DNA from: a virus | Lineage: Duplodnaviria; Caudoviricetes | Direction: 5' to 3' (one strand) | IMG/VR virus record: IMGVR_UViG_3300020577_002562 | Coordinates: 96,001 to 160,000 of that record | DNA: 64,000 nt | Part shown: positions 26,021-35,104 of the stretch, piece by piece | Layout of the letters: each line of letters opens with the position of its first letter | How positions within the stretch are numbered: position 1 is the stretch's first letter | The notes under the pieces: generated by a model | Databases searched by the model: none | What the model saw: the letters and a program-made list of their open reading frames with translations, nothing else | Told to the model about the DNA's origin: nothing | Program-made: the position numbers and the translations under genes

Positions 26021-26270
26021 GGAAGTCCTTAAATAGCGTCAAGCTGATATTACGATTGACGTCGTGTGTTTTAAGAGAATCTACCGAAGCAATCTCTTTG
26101 TCAGTAGCTAGCCTCCAGTAACGCGGCAGTATCATAGACCCAAACAACGGATCAATAACACAGCATCCACGATTACACGTCTTTACGATACGTTCGGAAT
26201 CCAGTACACTGTAGCGAACAGCAATCCAGGTCTGTTTAGGCGGTAGCTCCTCGTCAAACGATTTGAGCAT
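26010..26270 (-). CDS. Hypothetical protein
   Basis: 86 aa, GGAG RBS. Confidence 0.5.
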   Translation of the reverse strand: MLKSFDEELPPKQTWIAVRYSVLDSERIVKTCNRGCCVIDPLFGSMILPRYWRLATDKEIASVDSLKTHDVNRNISLTLFKDFHGN

Positions 26271-26286
26271 TCTTCACTCCAGTATC

Positions 26287-26736
26287 TCACGCAACGCCAG
26301 TGGAGCCGATGCCGCCCTGACCGCGCTCAGTCTGGTCGAACTGGTCAACCACTGTGAATTGAGCTTGCATTACAGGTACGATGATCATCTGAGCTACGCG
26401 ATCCATAGGGGTGATGAAGAAGGGTACATTGGATCGGTTCCACATGCTGACCATCAAGGGTCCTTGGTAGTCACTATCGATCAGACCTACCAAGTTACCG
26501 AGCACGATTCCATTTCGGGCACCGAGTCCTGACCTAGGCAACAACATGGCGGCATAGCTTGGATCGCGGATGTAGATGGAGAGTCCAGTTGAAATTAGCT
26601 TAGATGCTCCTGGGTCCAAACAAGTCGGAAGATCGATGCATGCACGTAGATCGAGCCCCGCCGAACCGACAGTTGCGTATGTAGGCAACTGGTCACGCAT
26701 ACGCTCGTCCAGTATCTTCACTTCAACGTTGATCAT
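26287..26736 (-). CDS. dut: Trimeric dUTPase
   Basis: All five motifs: [37 protein letters not shown]. Confidence 0.95.
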   Translation of the reverse strand: MINVEVKILDERMRDQLPTYATVGSAGLDLRACIDLPTCLDPGASKLISTGLSIYIRDPSYAAMLLPRSGLGARNGIVLGNLVGLIDSDYQGPLMVSMWNRSNVPFFITPMDRVAQMIIVPVMQAQFTVVDQFDQTERGQGGIGSTGVA

Positions 26737-27482
26737 GATTGGTCCTTGTCACATAGGGTAGTATTTCCAGAGCACTCACACTGGTTTCGTGGCAGACAAC
26801 TGTCTCGCCACATTACGTCAGAACACTTGTCGCAGGATACTGAACGGTCACCTCTCGTGACTAGCGTTGGTTCACGCTGCTCCTTAGTCGTCGCGTGCTC
26901 ACGGCAGTGGACCACGTAGTGCTTGTCTGTTCCGTAGTCACCAAAAGTCGAGCACCCGCAACTGCTAGTACCAGCATACCCCACGACGCGCTCTTGAAAT
27001 GAGCAGTCCGACAACTCATTCCACAAGGTCACACGACGGCCATCGTCCATCTTGACCTCATAGCGTCCGGCTCGAATCGTTACCGAGACAGGCAATGCTT
27101 GCTTGGCAGGTGGTGTTAGTGTGTGTGCTGCCACAGCTCTAGCTGCGTGGTTCTTTCCAAAGTGTTCTTTGGCGCAGACCTCGCACATGATGGCCCTACA
27201 ATCCAAGCATCGGATCACCGTGTTGAATGACAGTGCGGTCTTGCATTGGTAACAAACCTGTACAGTCTTGGTGAGCAGGTCGATTGCGTGCTGATAGACC
27301 AATGCGCCAATGTTCCAATCCCTCAAATTGATCTGTTGACCGCCTTCAGTCTTTTCCTTCTCAAAGCCGAATTGTGCATATGCCTTCTCAATGGCTTCCG
27401 CCAACTGCCGCCAATCGAATGTGGGTATGATGCGTTCCATGTCAACTGTCCCCTTCGTTGAATAGCTAGGCGTATTCATCAC
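26733..27482 (-). CDS. Cys-rich hypothetical protein
   Basis: CYQC..CLDC..CEVC..HF zinc finger. Confidence 0.55.
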   Translation of the reverse strand: MMNTPSYSTKGTVDMERIIPTFDWRQLAEAIEKAYAQFGFEKEKTEGGQQINLRDWNIGALVYQHAIDLLTKTVQVCYQCKTALSFNTVIRCLDCRAIMCEVCAKEHFGKNHAARAVAAHTLTPPAKQALPVSVTIRAGRYEVKMDDGRRVTLWNELSDCSFQERVVGYAGTSSCGCSTFGDYGTDKHYVVHCREHATTKEQREPTLVTRGDRSVSCDKCSDVMWRDSCLPRNQCECSGNTTLCDKDQS

Positions 27483-27571
27483 CTACTAATTGATTCATCA
27501 TTTCCTTCACCTAGAGGCGAACCACGCCAGAGCCGCGATCAAACAAAACGCGAGAAAGGCGATGAAGTACA

Positions 27572-28561
27572 TCATGTTTGCACCTCTCGCAGCATCACCA
27601 TCGTAGCTACAGGGCGCGAATGGATGGTAATGATCCGTAGCGAATAGTACACACGAATCACTCGCCATGTCCTGCAATGCAAACTCTTGACATGCTCAAG
27701 TGCCTCACTGTTCCACGCCTCTTCGTCATGGAGACTGCTATCAACACTAATATGCTCATCCGCACGCGGGACTGCCTTCCCTAGATTAGTTGACGTGACC
27801 AACTCCTCTACACTACGTTCATGCAGTTTAGCCATATCCTCTACCAGCTTGGTCATCTCTAGATCAGGCTCAACCAGTGCAGGGCCAATCTTGGTCTTGA
27901 TACAGTCTGTGCAGTACAGAGCATACATCGTGTCTTGCGTACTGGTCTTTCCACACTCGGAGCACCTGTGTTTCGGTTCATGACCTTCAGCTGTAGTCTC
28001 TACCTTTGGCTGTCGTGGCAAGATCGATAGGTCTACGAAACGAGGATCGGCAAATGTTTTGAACACGAACGTCCACGCCAGCCTACCATGTGGCTTTGTA
28101 CCTGGATTTGACGACAAACTCCTCAGATCAGTTGCGTCCACAATGCGGTTGATCAAGTGCTGGGGTTCACACGCATGCTCCGTCCACGGCACTGCCATCA
28201 GGTCCAAGTCTCTGGTGAACGAACCGTGTAGACCAACAGCATAGCCCTCATCCCAAGCGAGCTTGCGGATGATGGTGTAGACGCGACCGTAATCTGGGTC
28301 AATTATGCCATACACTTGACCATTGGTGTTAGGTGCTGGTTCTCGCCGATTCCAGTTGGCAATGGCATCTTGCTCGGTGATACTTATCACTTCAGCGCCG
28401 CAACCACCTTGAACTTCTGGGCACTGCGCGCACCAGTCTTGGTTGCCCAGTTCATCTGGTCGTGTGGTTGGATAGCAGAAGTCTGGGTCAGTCGTGTCGA
28501 TCACATGACCGCAGAAAGGACACGGTTTAGCTCGGTTCGGTGCTAGTTCTCGATCAGTCAT
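27572..28561 (-). CDS. Multidomain protein with N-terminal Lar-like (restriction alleviation) zinc finger
   Basis: KPCPFCG...CGA...AIANWNRR, followed by LHGSFTRDLDL nucleotidyltransferase-like motif. Confidence 0.6.
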   Translation of the reverse strand: MTDRELAPNRAKPCPFCGHVIDTTDPDFCYPTTRPDELGNQDWCAQCPEVQGGCGAEVISITEQDAIANWNRREPAPNTNGQVYGIIDPDYGRVYTIIRKLAWDEGYAVGLHGSFTRDLDLMAVPWTEHACEPQHLINRIVDATDLRSLSSNPGTKPHGRLAWTFVFKTFADPRFVDLSILPRQPKVETTAEGHEPKHRCSECGKTSTQDTMYALYCTDCIKTKIGPALVEPDLEMTKLVEDMAKLHERSVEELVTSTNLGKAVPRADEHISVDSSLHDEEAWNSEALEHVKSLHCRTWRVIRVYYSLRIITIHSRPVATMVMLREVQT

Positions 28562-28609
28562 AGTTTCTATCTCCTACCATAGAGACCCCACGCGCTTGAC
28601 GTTCCCTGG

Positions 28610-28858
28610 CTAACGTCTTTTCAACTTTGCTGTAGCCTCGCTGCTCATAGACCGAGCCTTGGTTTGAAGAGCCTTCATCCAAGCAACCCCAATTTCCTCA
28701 AGCTGTTCGTCGGTGAACATATAGATTGGCCTGCCATTACCATCTAGCTGTAAAATAGAGGTCGGCACTTTCGGAATGAGGTATTCAGTGGCGTATGTAC
28801 TATGGACTTTCACAACAGGCGGTGATTCTTTGATCTGCTTCATACATGCCCTTGTCAA
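28610..28858 (-). CDS. Hypothetical protein
   Basis: Short ORF in operon. Confidence 0.45.
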   Translation of the reverse strand: MTRACMKQIKESPPVVKVHSTYATEYLIPKVPTSILQLDGNGRPIYMFTDEQLEEIGVAWMKALQTKARSMSSEATAKLKRR

Positions 28859-29140
28859 CTAGACTTGTGGTTGAAGGTGGCGGGTCTGCTCCATCAAGCA
28901 GTCAAGACACAAACCTGTAGAATTACATCCACCTTCATTAAAGACGACGATAACTCGTGGACATACCCAAAGAGTTTCAGACCAGGTAGTACCATCACCT
29001 CTGGTGTGTGTCTTGTTGTGTAAACCGTGGCAATGTTTGCACGGCGTTCCTCCACCATACTCTGAAACCTCCTCATTTTCATGAACAAACCAGTCTCCAC
29101 CTTCCCACATACTTCCAGAACTGAACGCATGCTTAGTCAT
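28859..29140 (-). CDS. Hypothetical zinc-binding protein
   Basis: CKHC...CLDC. Confidence 0.5.
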   Translation of the reverse strand: MTKHAFSSGSMWEGGDWFVHENEEVSEYGGGTPCKHCHGLHNKTHTRGDGTTWSETLWVCPRVIVVFNEGGCNSTGLCLDCLMEQTRHLQPQV

Positions 29141-29153
29141 CTGTACACCTTAC

Positions 29154-30116
29154 CTACCACTTGATTCCGATGGTTGGACTGTCGTCAACTACTCTACGCC
29201 CCTTGTTCATGTACTTCATGGCGACTTGTACCTGCTCTCGGTCGATCTTGAATCTCTCAGGCTTGTAGGTCTGCCAGAAGCAAGTGCGCAGACAGCCACG
29301 ACTAGGGCCGTAGTCCTCTATGAAATGCTTGATCAACGGTTGTTGCTTGCCGTCCACCACTGTCCGTATACGTGCAGTCTCTTGCGCCAGCTTAGGTGGA
29401 TTGGAAATCGGTATGACCTCGTAGATGGTGTCCCATCGCGGGATGTTCAAGCCGACTTGCACGATCCGTCGGATACCAACGATGATGCGAATGCGGCCGC
29501 TTCGCGCATCTTGCAGTATCTTAGGACGCTGCGTGTTCCGTTCGACCTGACCAGTGAATGCGGCAGCAATGTCGCGGTCTTTCCCAGTCATACGTCGGTA
29601 TGCCTTGTTCAGCACGTTGGTCAGCAGCATCGCGTGCTTCACTCGATCCACCGGGATGACGATTGACCGGTCGTGCTTGATAACGTCCTTCAGCGCGTGC
29701 TTGACTATCAGTGTGTTACGTTGCTCGTTGTTGGACAACCAAGTGATAGCACCCGGCCATGTCTTGTGACCGGCGTGCGTAACCCCAGTCTCTACGAACT
29801 GAACACTAGGCACCAGCGTATTGGCTTGCCCCTCGGCACGTACAGGACCGATCACCAACTGAGAGAGTATGATCTTGCCATCTTTGCGATCATACGTCCC
29901 CGTCAGTCCGATCATGTACAACGAGTTCAACTGAGCCACTACTTTGAGGTACTCATCCGCCGCAGTGTCGTGGCAATTATGAACGAGCACACCTTTGTCT
30001 GAGTCTGGGCCATAGACAAAGTAGTTGTGATGCTGCTCCACTCCTATATCGTACACATCTACAGGCGCATCCAGTTTGATATGCTCTACTGATGACACTC
30101 TCACTAATTTTGTCAT
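29154..30116 (-). CDS. SF2 (UvsW/XPB-like DExH) helicase, C-terminal part beginning with the split-intein C half
   Basis: VYDIGVEQHHNYF...VLVHN/CH, then GLTGT..RKDG (motif III), GLNIPRWD (V), QETARIR (VI). Confidence 0.9.
   Translation of the reverse strand: MTKLVRVSSVEHIKLDAPVDVYDIGVEQHHNYFVYGPDSDKGVLVHNCHDTAADEYLKVVAQLNSLYMIGLTGTYDRKDGKIILSQLVIGPVRAEGQANTLVPSVQFVETGVTHAGHKTWPGAITWLSNNEQRNTLIVKHALKDVIKHDRSIVIPVDRVKHAMLLTNVLNKAYRRMTGKDRDIAAAFTGQVERNTQRPKILQDARSGRIRIIVGIRRIVQVGLNIPRWDTIYEVIPISNPPKLAQETARIRTVVDGKQQPLIKHFIEDYGPSRGCLRTCFWQTYKPERFKIDREQVQVAMKYMNKGRRVVDDSPTIGIKW
29976..30116 (-). mobile_element. Split intein C-fragment of helicase (47 aa)
   Basis: Blocks F/G ending VHN, Cys+1. 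Confidence 0.9.
30104..30110 (+). promoter_or_regulatory. CTAATTT motif upstream of the antisense endonuclease
   Basis: 36 nt upstream of ATG 30147, overlapping the first codons of helicase IntC on the other strand. Confidence 0.5.
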
Positions 30117-30146
30117 ACTGGTGAATCATGTATTGGAGTTAAGGGC

Positions 30147-31175
30147 ATGTTACGTCAAGATCATCCGCGATTTCATCAAATGGTGTCCCGACATAGAGCC
30201 CTGTGCTCAGTAAGAAAGATAAAATTCACTGCCAAGATTGTTGACTTGAGCACTACACGTTATTTACATCGTTGTCACTGTGGTCATGCTTGGAAGCAAA
30301 CTATATCGAACTTTGTTGGCCGTACTGGATGTCCTGCTTGTGCGATGCGGCGTTTTCAACTAGCTGGAGCAGCTTCCGCGCGTGGAAAACCTGCGCATAC
30401 GAGACTAACAAAAGGGGAGTTTCTGAAGCGGCTTCCTAAAGGCTATCGTCTAATCGGATCTTACTCAGGACAACGCGAACTAGTCTCATTGAAATGCCCA
30501 CAAGGTCACATAAGACGAACTACAGCGGACAACGCCCATCGTTATGGCTGTGGTGTATGCTCGGGAGTTGAAGTTTCACTTGACTCCCACAACAAGCAAT
30601 TGGCTGCTCTGAATGACCGTGTTCGTTGCCTGCAGTATTTTGGGGCACGCACAGCATCCAGATACCATTGTCTACAGTGTAAGTTTCGCTGGTCTTGCAT
30701 CCCTACAAACATTTTGAAGACTAAACGATGTCATTGTCCGAGCTGTCAACCACCTGGCGTAACTGTCAGATGCGTCAAGCTTGGGCGTCGCAAAGTGCTT
30801 GTTCGTGGATACGAGCCACAAGCTCTAAACTATTTGATACAAGTGAAGGGGTACAAACCTAACCAGATTCGTACAGAGCTTGAGGGAACTGTCCCAAGAA
30901 TCAAAGTCAATGGGCGACTTCATAAACCCGACTTTTTCATCCCAAGCGATAACCGTCTGGTAGAAGTCAAGTCGATTTTCACTCTCGGACTCAACGGTGA
31001 GCTATATTTCAAAAGAGCATTCCAGAAGTTGAAGACTAACCACGCAAAAGCCCGGGAGGCAGGGTACCGATACAACTTGCTAGTTTTTCTCAAAGACGGA
31101 ACGCGAGTAGACATACCTAGTAAGTGGTATCTATTGAGCACTGAACAAATGCGACAGTTACTTCGACAACAATAG
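30147..31175 (+). CDS. Free-standing homing endonuclease (Zn-ribbon repeats plus PD-(D/E)XK) between the helicase halves, antisense
   Basis: Three Cys/His ribbons; VRGYEPQAL, KPDFFI..EVKS; paralogue of 18964 and 34265. Confidence 0.8.
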   Translation: MLRQDHPRFHQMVSRHRALCSVRKIKFTAKIVDLSTTRYLHRCHCGHAWKQTISNFVGRTGCPACAMRRFQLAGAASARGKPAHTRLTKGEFLKRLPKGYRLIGSYSGQRELVSLKCPQGHIRRTTADNAHRYGCGVCSGVEVSLDSHNKQLAALNDRVRCLQYFGARTASRYHCLQCKFRWSCIPTNILKTKRCHCPSCQPPGVTVRCVKLGRRKVLVRGYEPQALNYLIQVKGYKPNQIRTELEGTVPRIKVNGRLHKPDFFIPSDNRLVEVKSIFTLGLNGELYFKRAFQKLKTNHAKAREAGYRYNLLVFLKDGTRVDIPSKWYLLSTEQMRQLLRQQ

Positions 31176-32174
31176 CTCGTCATTTACCGTTAACTCCGAT
31201 GCCTTCACGTAATCTTGTCTAGTAACCGACCAAAACTTGTGGTTCGGAGTGCACAGAAGTTCTCTACCATCAATAGTGACGCGCACGAGATGGGTAACAG
31301 CTTTCTTTGTGAAGCTCTCTATGGGTTTGAATTCTCGTTTCCCAGATTGATGATTGAAGCACTCGACAGTCGTCTTGTAGCCGCTTTCTACAATATCACC
31401 TAAAGACATCAGCCCATTTTTGGTCTTTACTCTATGACCATAGGTGAAGCATTCATCTATGATGATGGTCCCAAAGTGATCCTTGATCTGTTCAAGCTTC
31501 TTCTTGCCACCAGCAGACAAGAACGTTTGATACGTACACAGCACGATGTCATACTTCAGCATATCCTTGACATCAGTGACTATGCCAGCGATCTTGCGTC
31601 CGTTGAACTTCTCTAGGTCGTCAATGTTGGTTACTGCATCCGCACCTTTGAGCGACAGCATGAACTGGCGCAACCAATCGATCTGGGCCGCAATGATCAG
31701 CGTGCGATACCCGATCTTGATCGAAGCAGCTATCGCCATCACTGTCTTGCCCGAACGCGGCGGAGACAGTAAGACACCCCGCTTCTTCTTGATGATCGTG
31801 CGTACAGGATCGCGTTGATTCTTCCAGAGCTTGCCTGTGAATTCGATGGCGTGACGAAACCGCTTGTATTCGGAAGCAGGCTTCTCTCTAGTGACAGTGA
31901 TCGGCTTACCAACTACTTCCTTGACGATTGACGGACGTCCCAACGGTAAACCAAGCATGCCATCTCGTTTGGTCCACAAGTGGTAAGTGCCCCGGAACTC
32001 AGGGCATTCGTCGCAGATGTCACAGTGACGCTCTTCTAGGTACTCACATTTGTTGCATGCTTTCTCGTTGTAGATGCGGATAGTCAGGTGTTTTTTGGCA
32101 CGCTCTACATTCTGCTTCGTAGCTGGCACCCACAGCTTGGAATTACGTACCGCCTCAACTGCTTGAGTCTTCAT
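31158..32174 (-). CDS. SF2 helicase, N-terminal part ending in the split-intein N half
   Basis: SPPRSGKT Walker A, TYQT, IIIDE/CFTYGHRV intein start. Confidence 0.9.
   Translation of the reverse strand: MKTQAVEAVRNSKLWVPATKQNVERAKKHLTIRIYNEKACNKCEYLEERHCDICDECPEFRGTYHLWTKRDGMLGLPLGRPSIVKEVVGKPITVTREKPASEYKRFRHAIEFTGKLWKNQRDPVRTIIKKKRGVLLSPPRSGKTVMAIAASIKIGYRTLIIAAQIDWLRQFMLSLKGADAVTNIDDLEKFNGRKIAGIVTDVKDMLKYDIVLCTYQTFLSAGGKKKLEQIKDHFGTIIIDECFTYGHRVKTKNGLMSLGDIVESGYKTTVECFNHQSGKREFKPIESFTKKAVTHLVRVTIDGRELLCTPNHKFWSVTRQDYVKASELTVNDELLLSK
31161..31451 (-). mobile_element. Split intein N-fragment of helicase (97 aa)
   Basis: CFTYGHRVKT block A, CTPNHKFW block B, YVKASEL..D.L end then stop. Confidence 0.9.
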
Positions 32175-32460
32175 GTCCTGTATGCCCAGCTACGATTTTC
32201 AGTGCTGCGTTTACCGTCAACGACTCTGCAAGACTCAGCCCATACTGTCGTGGCGCCCAGCTACACATCGTAGCCAACTTGCGCAGCTTGGACTTAGGGC
32301 CAAGCACTGTTCCATTATTTAGTGCAATCAACTCACCGGCGCAGGCTTTCACATGTTTCTCAGCGTATGCTATGGCGCAGGTCATTTGTTCAATCGACGA
32401 CCTGAGGGGTTTGCTGGTCTTAGTGATCTTGGTAGGCATGCTTTGAATCTCAACGTCCAT
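32155..32460 (-). CDS. Hypothetical protein
   Basis: 3' part of the 167-aa ORF; ATG 32460 preceded by GAGG. Confidence 0.45.
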   Translation of the reverse strand: MDVEIQSMPTKITKTSKPLRSSIEQMTCAIAYAEKHVKACAGELIALNNGTVLGPKSKLRKLATMCSWAPRQYGLSLAESLTVNAALKIVAGHTGHEDSSS

Positions 32461-32470
32461 TGTCTTCACC

Positions 32471-32776
32471 TCATTCTGCCGCGTGGTCTTTGGTTTCACT
32501 GCTCTCAGCGGCCGTGGTGGCATTAGCTGACACCTCGAACAACCAACCTGAAGAGAGTGTCGCTTGCTTGTGATACTGCAATGACACTTGTCCTCGACGA
32601 ATCTCTTTGATGAAGCGCTTCGATACCAGAAGCGACCCAGCGTGTATCTTCCAATCAACCCCGGGTGTCATGGTCTGCTGGTTGTTAAGCACAGCTACAG
32701 CTACCACCTCTGATGGCAACCGGGTAGTTCGCTTGTTGATGGTCTTGATCTTCAACTCTACAGGTTTGTTTGTCAC
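32471..32776 (-). CDS. Hypothetical protein
   Basis: Likely GTG start overlapping the upstream stop. Confidence 0.4.
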   Translation of the reverse strand: MTNKPVELKIKTINKRTTRLPSEVVAVAVLNNQQTMTPGVDWKIHAGSLLVSKRFIKEIRRGQVSLQYHKQATLSSGWLFEVSANATTAAESSETKDHAAE

Positions 32777-33042
32777 ATCAACCTCAGTAAACGACTTTGT
32801 GCAGCCAGCCCATCGTTCTTCCACAGCATCTTGCGCCCGTTGAATATGGCATCTGCCGTTACTGACTCATCGGAAGTCAGAATCATAAACGCCGCTTCGG
32901 CTACTTCATTTACAGTTTTGAAGACATAGAGAGCCACCTCTCCTCGGTCAATCACGCGTAAGCATACCACACCATCAGTCGGTGTGGGTACTTCGCGGGC
33001 ATTGAAGTAAGTGGCTCGTAGCCGAAGCTGGTCATAACTCAT
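32773..33042 (-). CDS. Hypothetical protein
   Basis: ATGA-coupled ORF. Confidence 0.5.
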   Translation of the reverse strand: MSYDQLRLRATYFNAREVPTPTDGVVCLRVIDRGEVALYVFKTVNEVAEAAFMILTSDESVTADAIFNGRKMLWKNDGLAAQSRLLRLM

Positions 33043-33359
33043 GTTGGTGGGTTGTTGGTTGCGATGGGTTCCGTTGCTACAGTGGTTGTTCCGTCAGTGG
33101 TTTCATCACCTGCAGTCGTGCGTCGGTAATCGGGCTCGATTGGACTCGGTGTGGGCGCCTCACGCCACGGTTGTACCTGCCTAGTGGGTGCATACCACTG
33201 TTCTCTTTTGGCAACTGTTTGGTCAAACAGTTCCAAGCACTTGGCTAGATATTCTGCCAGTATGAAGTCCGGGGTGTTGGACCCGTTCTCTCTAGAGTGT
33301 TGATTGATCAGTGCGCGAAGCTCTTGTTCAAAGGTCGGTCGTTCAACTGTGTCTGTCAT
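33039..33359 (-). CDS. Conserved phage hypothetical protein
   Basis: INQHSRENGSNTPDFILAEYL motif, AGGAG RBS. Confidence 0.65.
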   Translation of the reverse strand: MTDTVERPTFEQELRALINQHSRENGSNTPDFILAEYLAKCLELFDQTVAKREQWYAPTRQVQPWREAPTPSPIEPDYRRTTAGDETTDGTTTVATEPIATNNPPT

Positions 33360-33498
33360 ACCATTCTCCTAATTGAGTTAGGACTCAAAGAAAATACCCT
33401 ACCACCGCCAACAAGACCAGAGTGACTAATACTCCGATCCATATCCGTTCAGTCGTTCGCTTGATGCCCACTCACATCTCCTGCACTTACTGTCTAGA

Positions 33499-33753
33499 TC
33501 AACGCAACCGAAGGGTCGCGTACTTGTTACTGCGGTTATCCGAGTAACGGAGGTACATATGCAGTCTGCGATGAGACTGCTGGATCTTCTGGCACAACAA
33601 GCGAGCGGCGCAGCTTATGTGGGTGATTGATCGGAGTACCGATCCGTCACCTGCAGCTGGATACGCTGCTCGCCACAGACAACGTCCCAGCTTACGTCTG
33701 TTTGACCAGACGAATCGGTACCGTCGCTTATTTCCCTTGAGCTTGACTTTCAC
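33499..33753 (-). CDS. Hypothetical basic protein
   Basis: Coupled ORF. Confidence 0.35.
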   Translation of the reverse strand: MKVKLKGNKRRYRFVWSNRRKLGRCLWRAAYPAAGDGSVLRSITHISCAARLLCQKIQQSHRRLHMYLRYSDNRSNKYATLRLR

Positions 33754-34214
33754 AGCACACCCTCCATCATCCAGGCCAATCGAACAATAGCTCGTTGAAC
33801 GCGGGTCTTGTAGTCCGAAAACTCCGCCATGCTAGGTCCACTACGCGGTATCGTAGCCACTTTTTCGCAGCCTGGTCTGGATACAACTGTACCTTCATCT
33901 GTATGGTTAACGTTTATGCCTTTGAGCAAAGCAAGCTCCAAAGCTTGATCCCCATCTAGTATGGGGTTCCACAGCGCAGTTAATGTTGGAGCAAGATGGA
34001 TCTGGATACCCCATCTATTCGTACCTTGTAAGAAAGTGGTCTTCCACCCAAACGATTTGGCTATATGCTCTAGACATACGCGATCACCGGGTCTCTGCAT
34101 TCGTGGGTCGCCGTTGTTGACCTGCATCGCAACATCGTTCAGTTCTGCAATCATGTAGCATGCTCCCGTTTGGTGGCAATCTCCAACGCAGACAAGCTGT
34201 TCTTCACTGCCCAC
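33750..34214 (-). CDS. NinX-like hypothetical protein
   Basis: WNPILDGDQALELA...RAIV pattern. Confidence 0.5.
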   Translation of the reverse strand: MGSEEQLVCVGDCHQTGACYMIAELNDVAMQVNNGDPRMQRPGDRVCLEHIAKSFGWKTTFLQGTNRWGIQIHLAPTLTALWNPILDGDQALELALLKGINVNHTDEGTVVSRPGCEKVATIPRSGPSMAEFSDYKTRVQRAIVRLAWMMEGVL

Positions 34215-34234
34215 GCTGCTTTATCCGAAAGTCA

Positions 34235-34241
34235 CTAATTT
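34235..34241 (+). promoter_or_regulatory. CTAATTT motif upstream of the third endonuclease
   Basis: 23 nt upstream of ATG 34265, GGAG RBS between. Confidence 0.55.
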
Positions 34242-34264
34242 GCACGTAGACACCGGAGAAATAT

Positions 34265-35104
34265 ATGCCTCCAGTTTTGCGTTCACAAGTTGAAGTTACT
34301 CGTCTACTAAATAGTAACAATCCAACTATACGATCTATATCCGAGTATAGAGGATGTAGAAGTGAAGGACAATTCGAGTGCTTAGAGTGTAAGCATGTTT
34401 GGTCAGCTCAATGGAGACGCATAATACAAGGCGCAACAAAATGTCCTCGATGCGTATCTGTAAGACTTGGAGGCAAAAACAAGAAAACGCACCAAGTCTA
34501 TTGTGAAGAACTTGCGTTGGTCGATCCTTCTATCCAGCCTCTAGAAAAATACGTCAATAGCTACACGGCTATTTTGCATAGACATGAGTGTGGGCATGAG
34601 TGGAGACTAATGCCGTTAAACTCACTCCGCGGTAGAGGCTGTCCTAAGTGTAAGCTTCGTTTGCGCACCGTCAAATTGGGGGCCCGAAAGGTTAACGTGC
34701 GTGGATATGAAGCCATAGCTTTAAAGTGGCTTGTTCGTAACAAGAAAGTCAAACCGTCTGAAATACAAACACACAACGAGAAAACGGTACCTAATTTTCT
34801 ATATCACCACAGAGGTAGGCGAACATATTTCCCAGACTTTTACATACCCAAAACGAATTGTATAGTCGAAGTCAAGTCTTTATCAACCGTAGGCATTCTT
34901 GGTAACTTCTTTAATCTTAAACCTAGAACTCTGTTCTCGCTCACACAAGCCAAGGCTAAAGCTGTACTGAACGCAGGCTATCGTTTTAGACTATTGATCA
35001 TGGGCAGCGATGGCAATAGAATACCGACTCCGAAAGGATGGCTTCGTATGACACACAAAGAATTTTGCGCGTCTATCGGACCTGAGCATACCAGCAAACA
35101 TTAA
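34265..35104 (+). CDS. Free-standing intergenic homing endonuclease (Zn-ribbon plus PD-(D/E)XK)
   Basis: CLECKHVW..KCPRC, VRGYEAIAL, FPDFYI..EVKS; AT-rich, antisense to neighbours. Confidence 0.8.
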   Translation: MPPVLRSQVEVTRLLNSNNPTIRSISEYRGCRSEGQFECLECKHVWSAQWRRIIQGATKCPRCVSVRLGGKNKKTHQVYCEELALVDPSIQPLEKYVNSYTAILHRHECGHEWRLMPLNSLRGRGCPKCKLRLRTVKLGARKVNVRGYEAIALKWLVRNKKVKPSEIQTHNEKTVPNFLYHHRGRRTYFPDFYIPKTNCIVEVKSLSTVGILGNFFNLKPRTLFSLTQAKAKAVLNAGYRFRLLIMGSDGNRIPTPKGWLRMTHKEFCASIGPEHTSKH

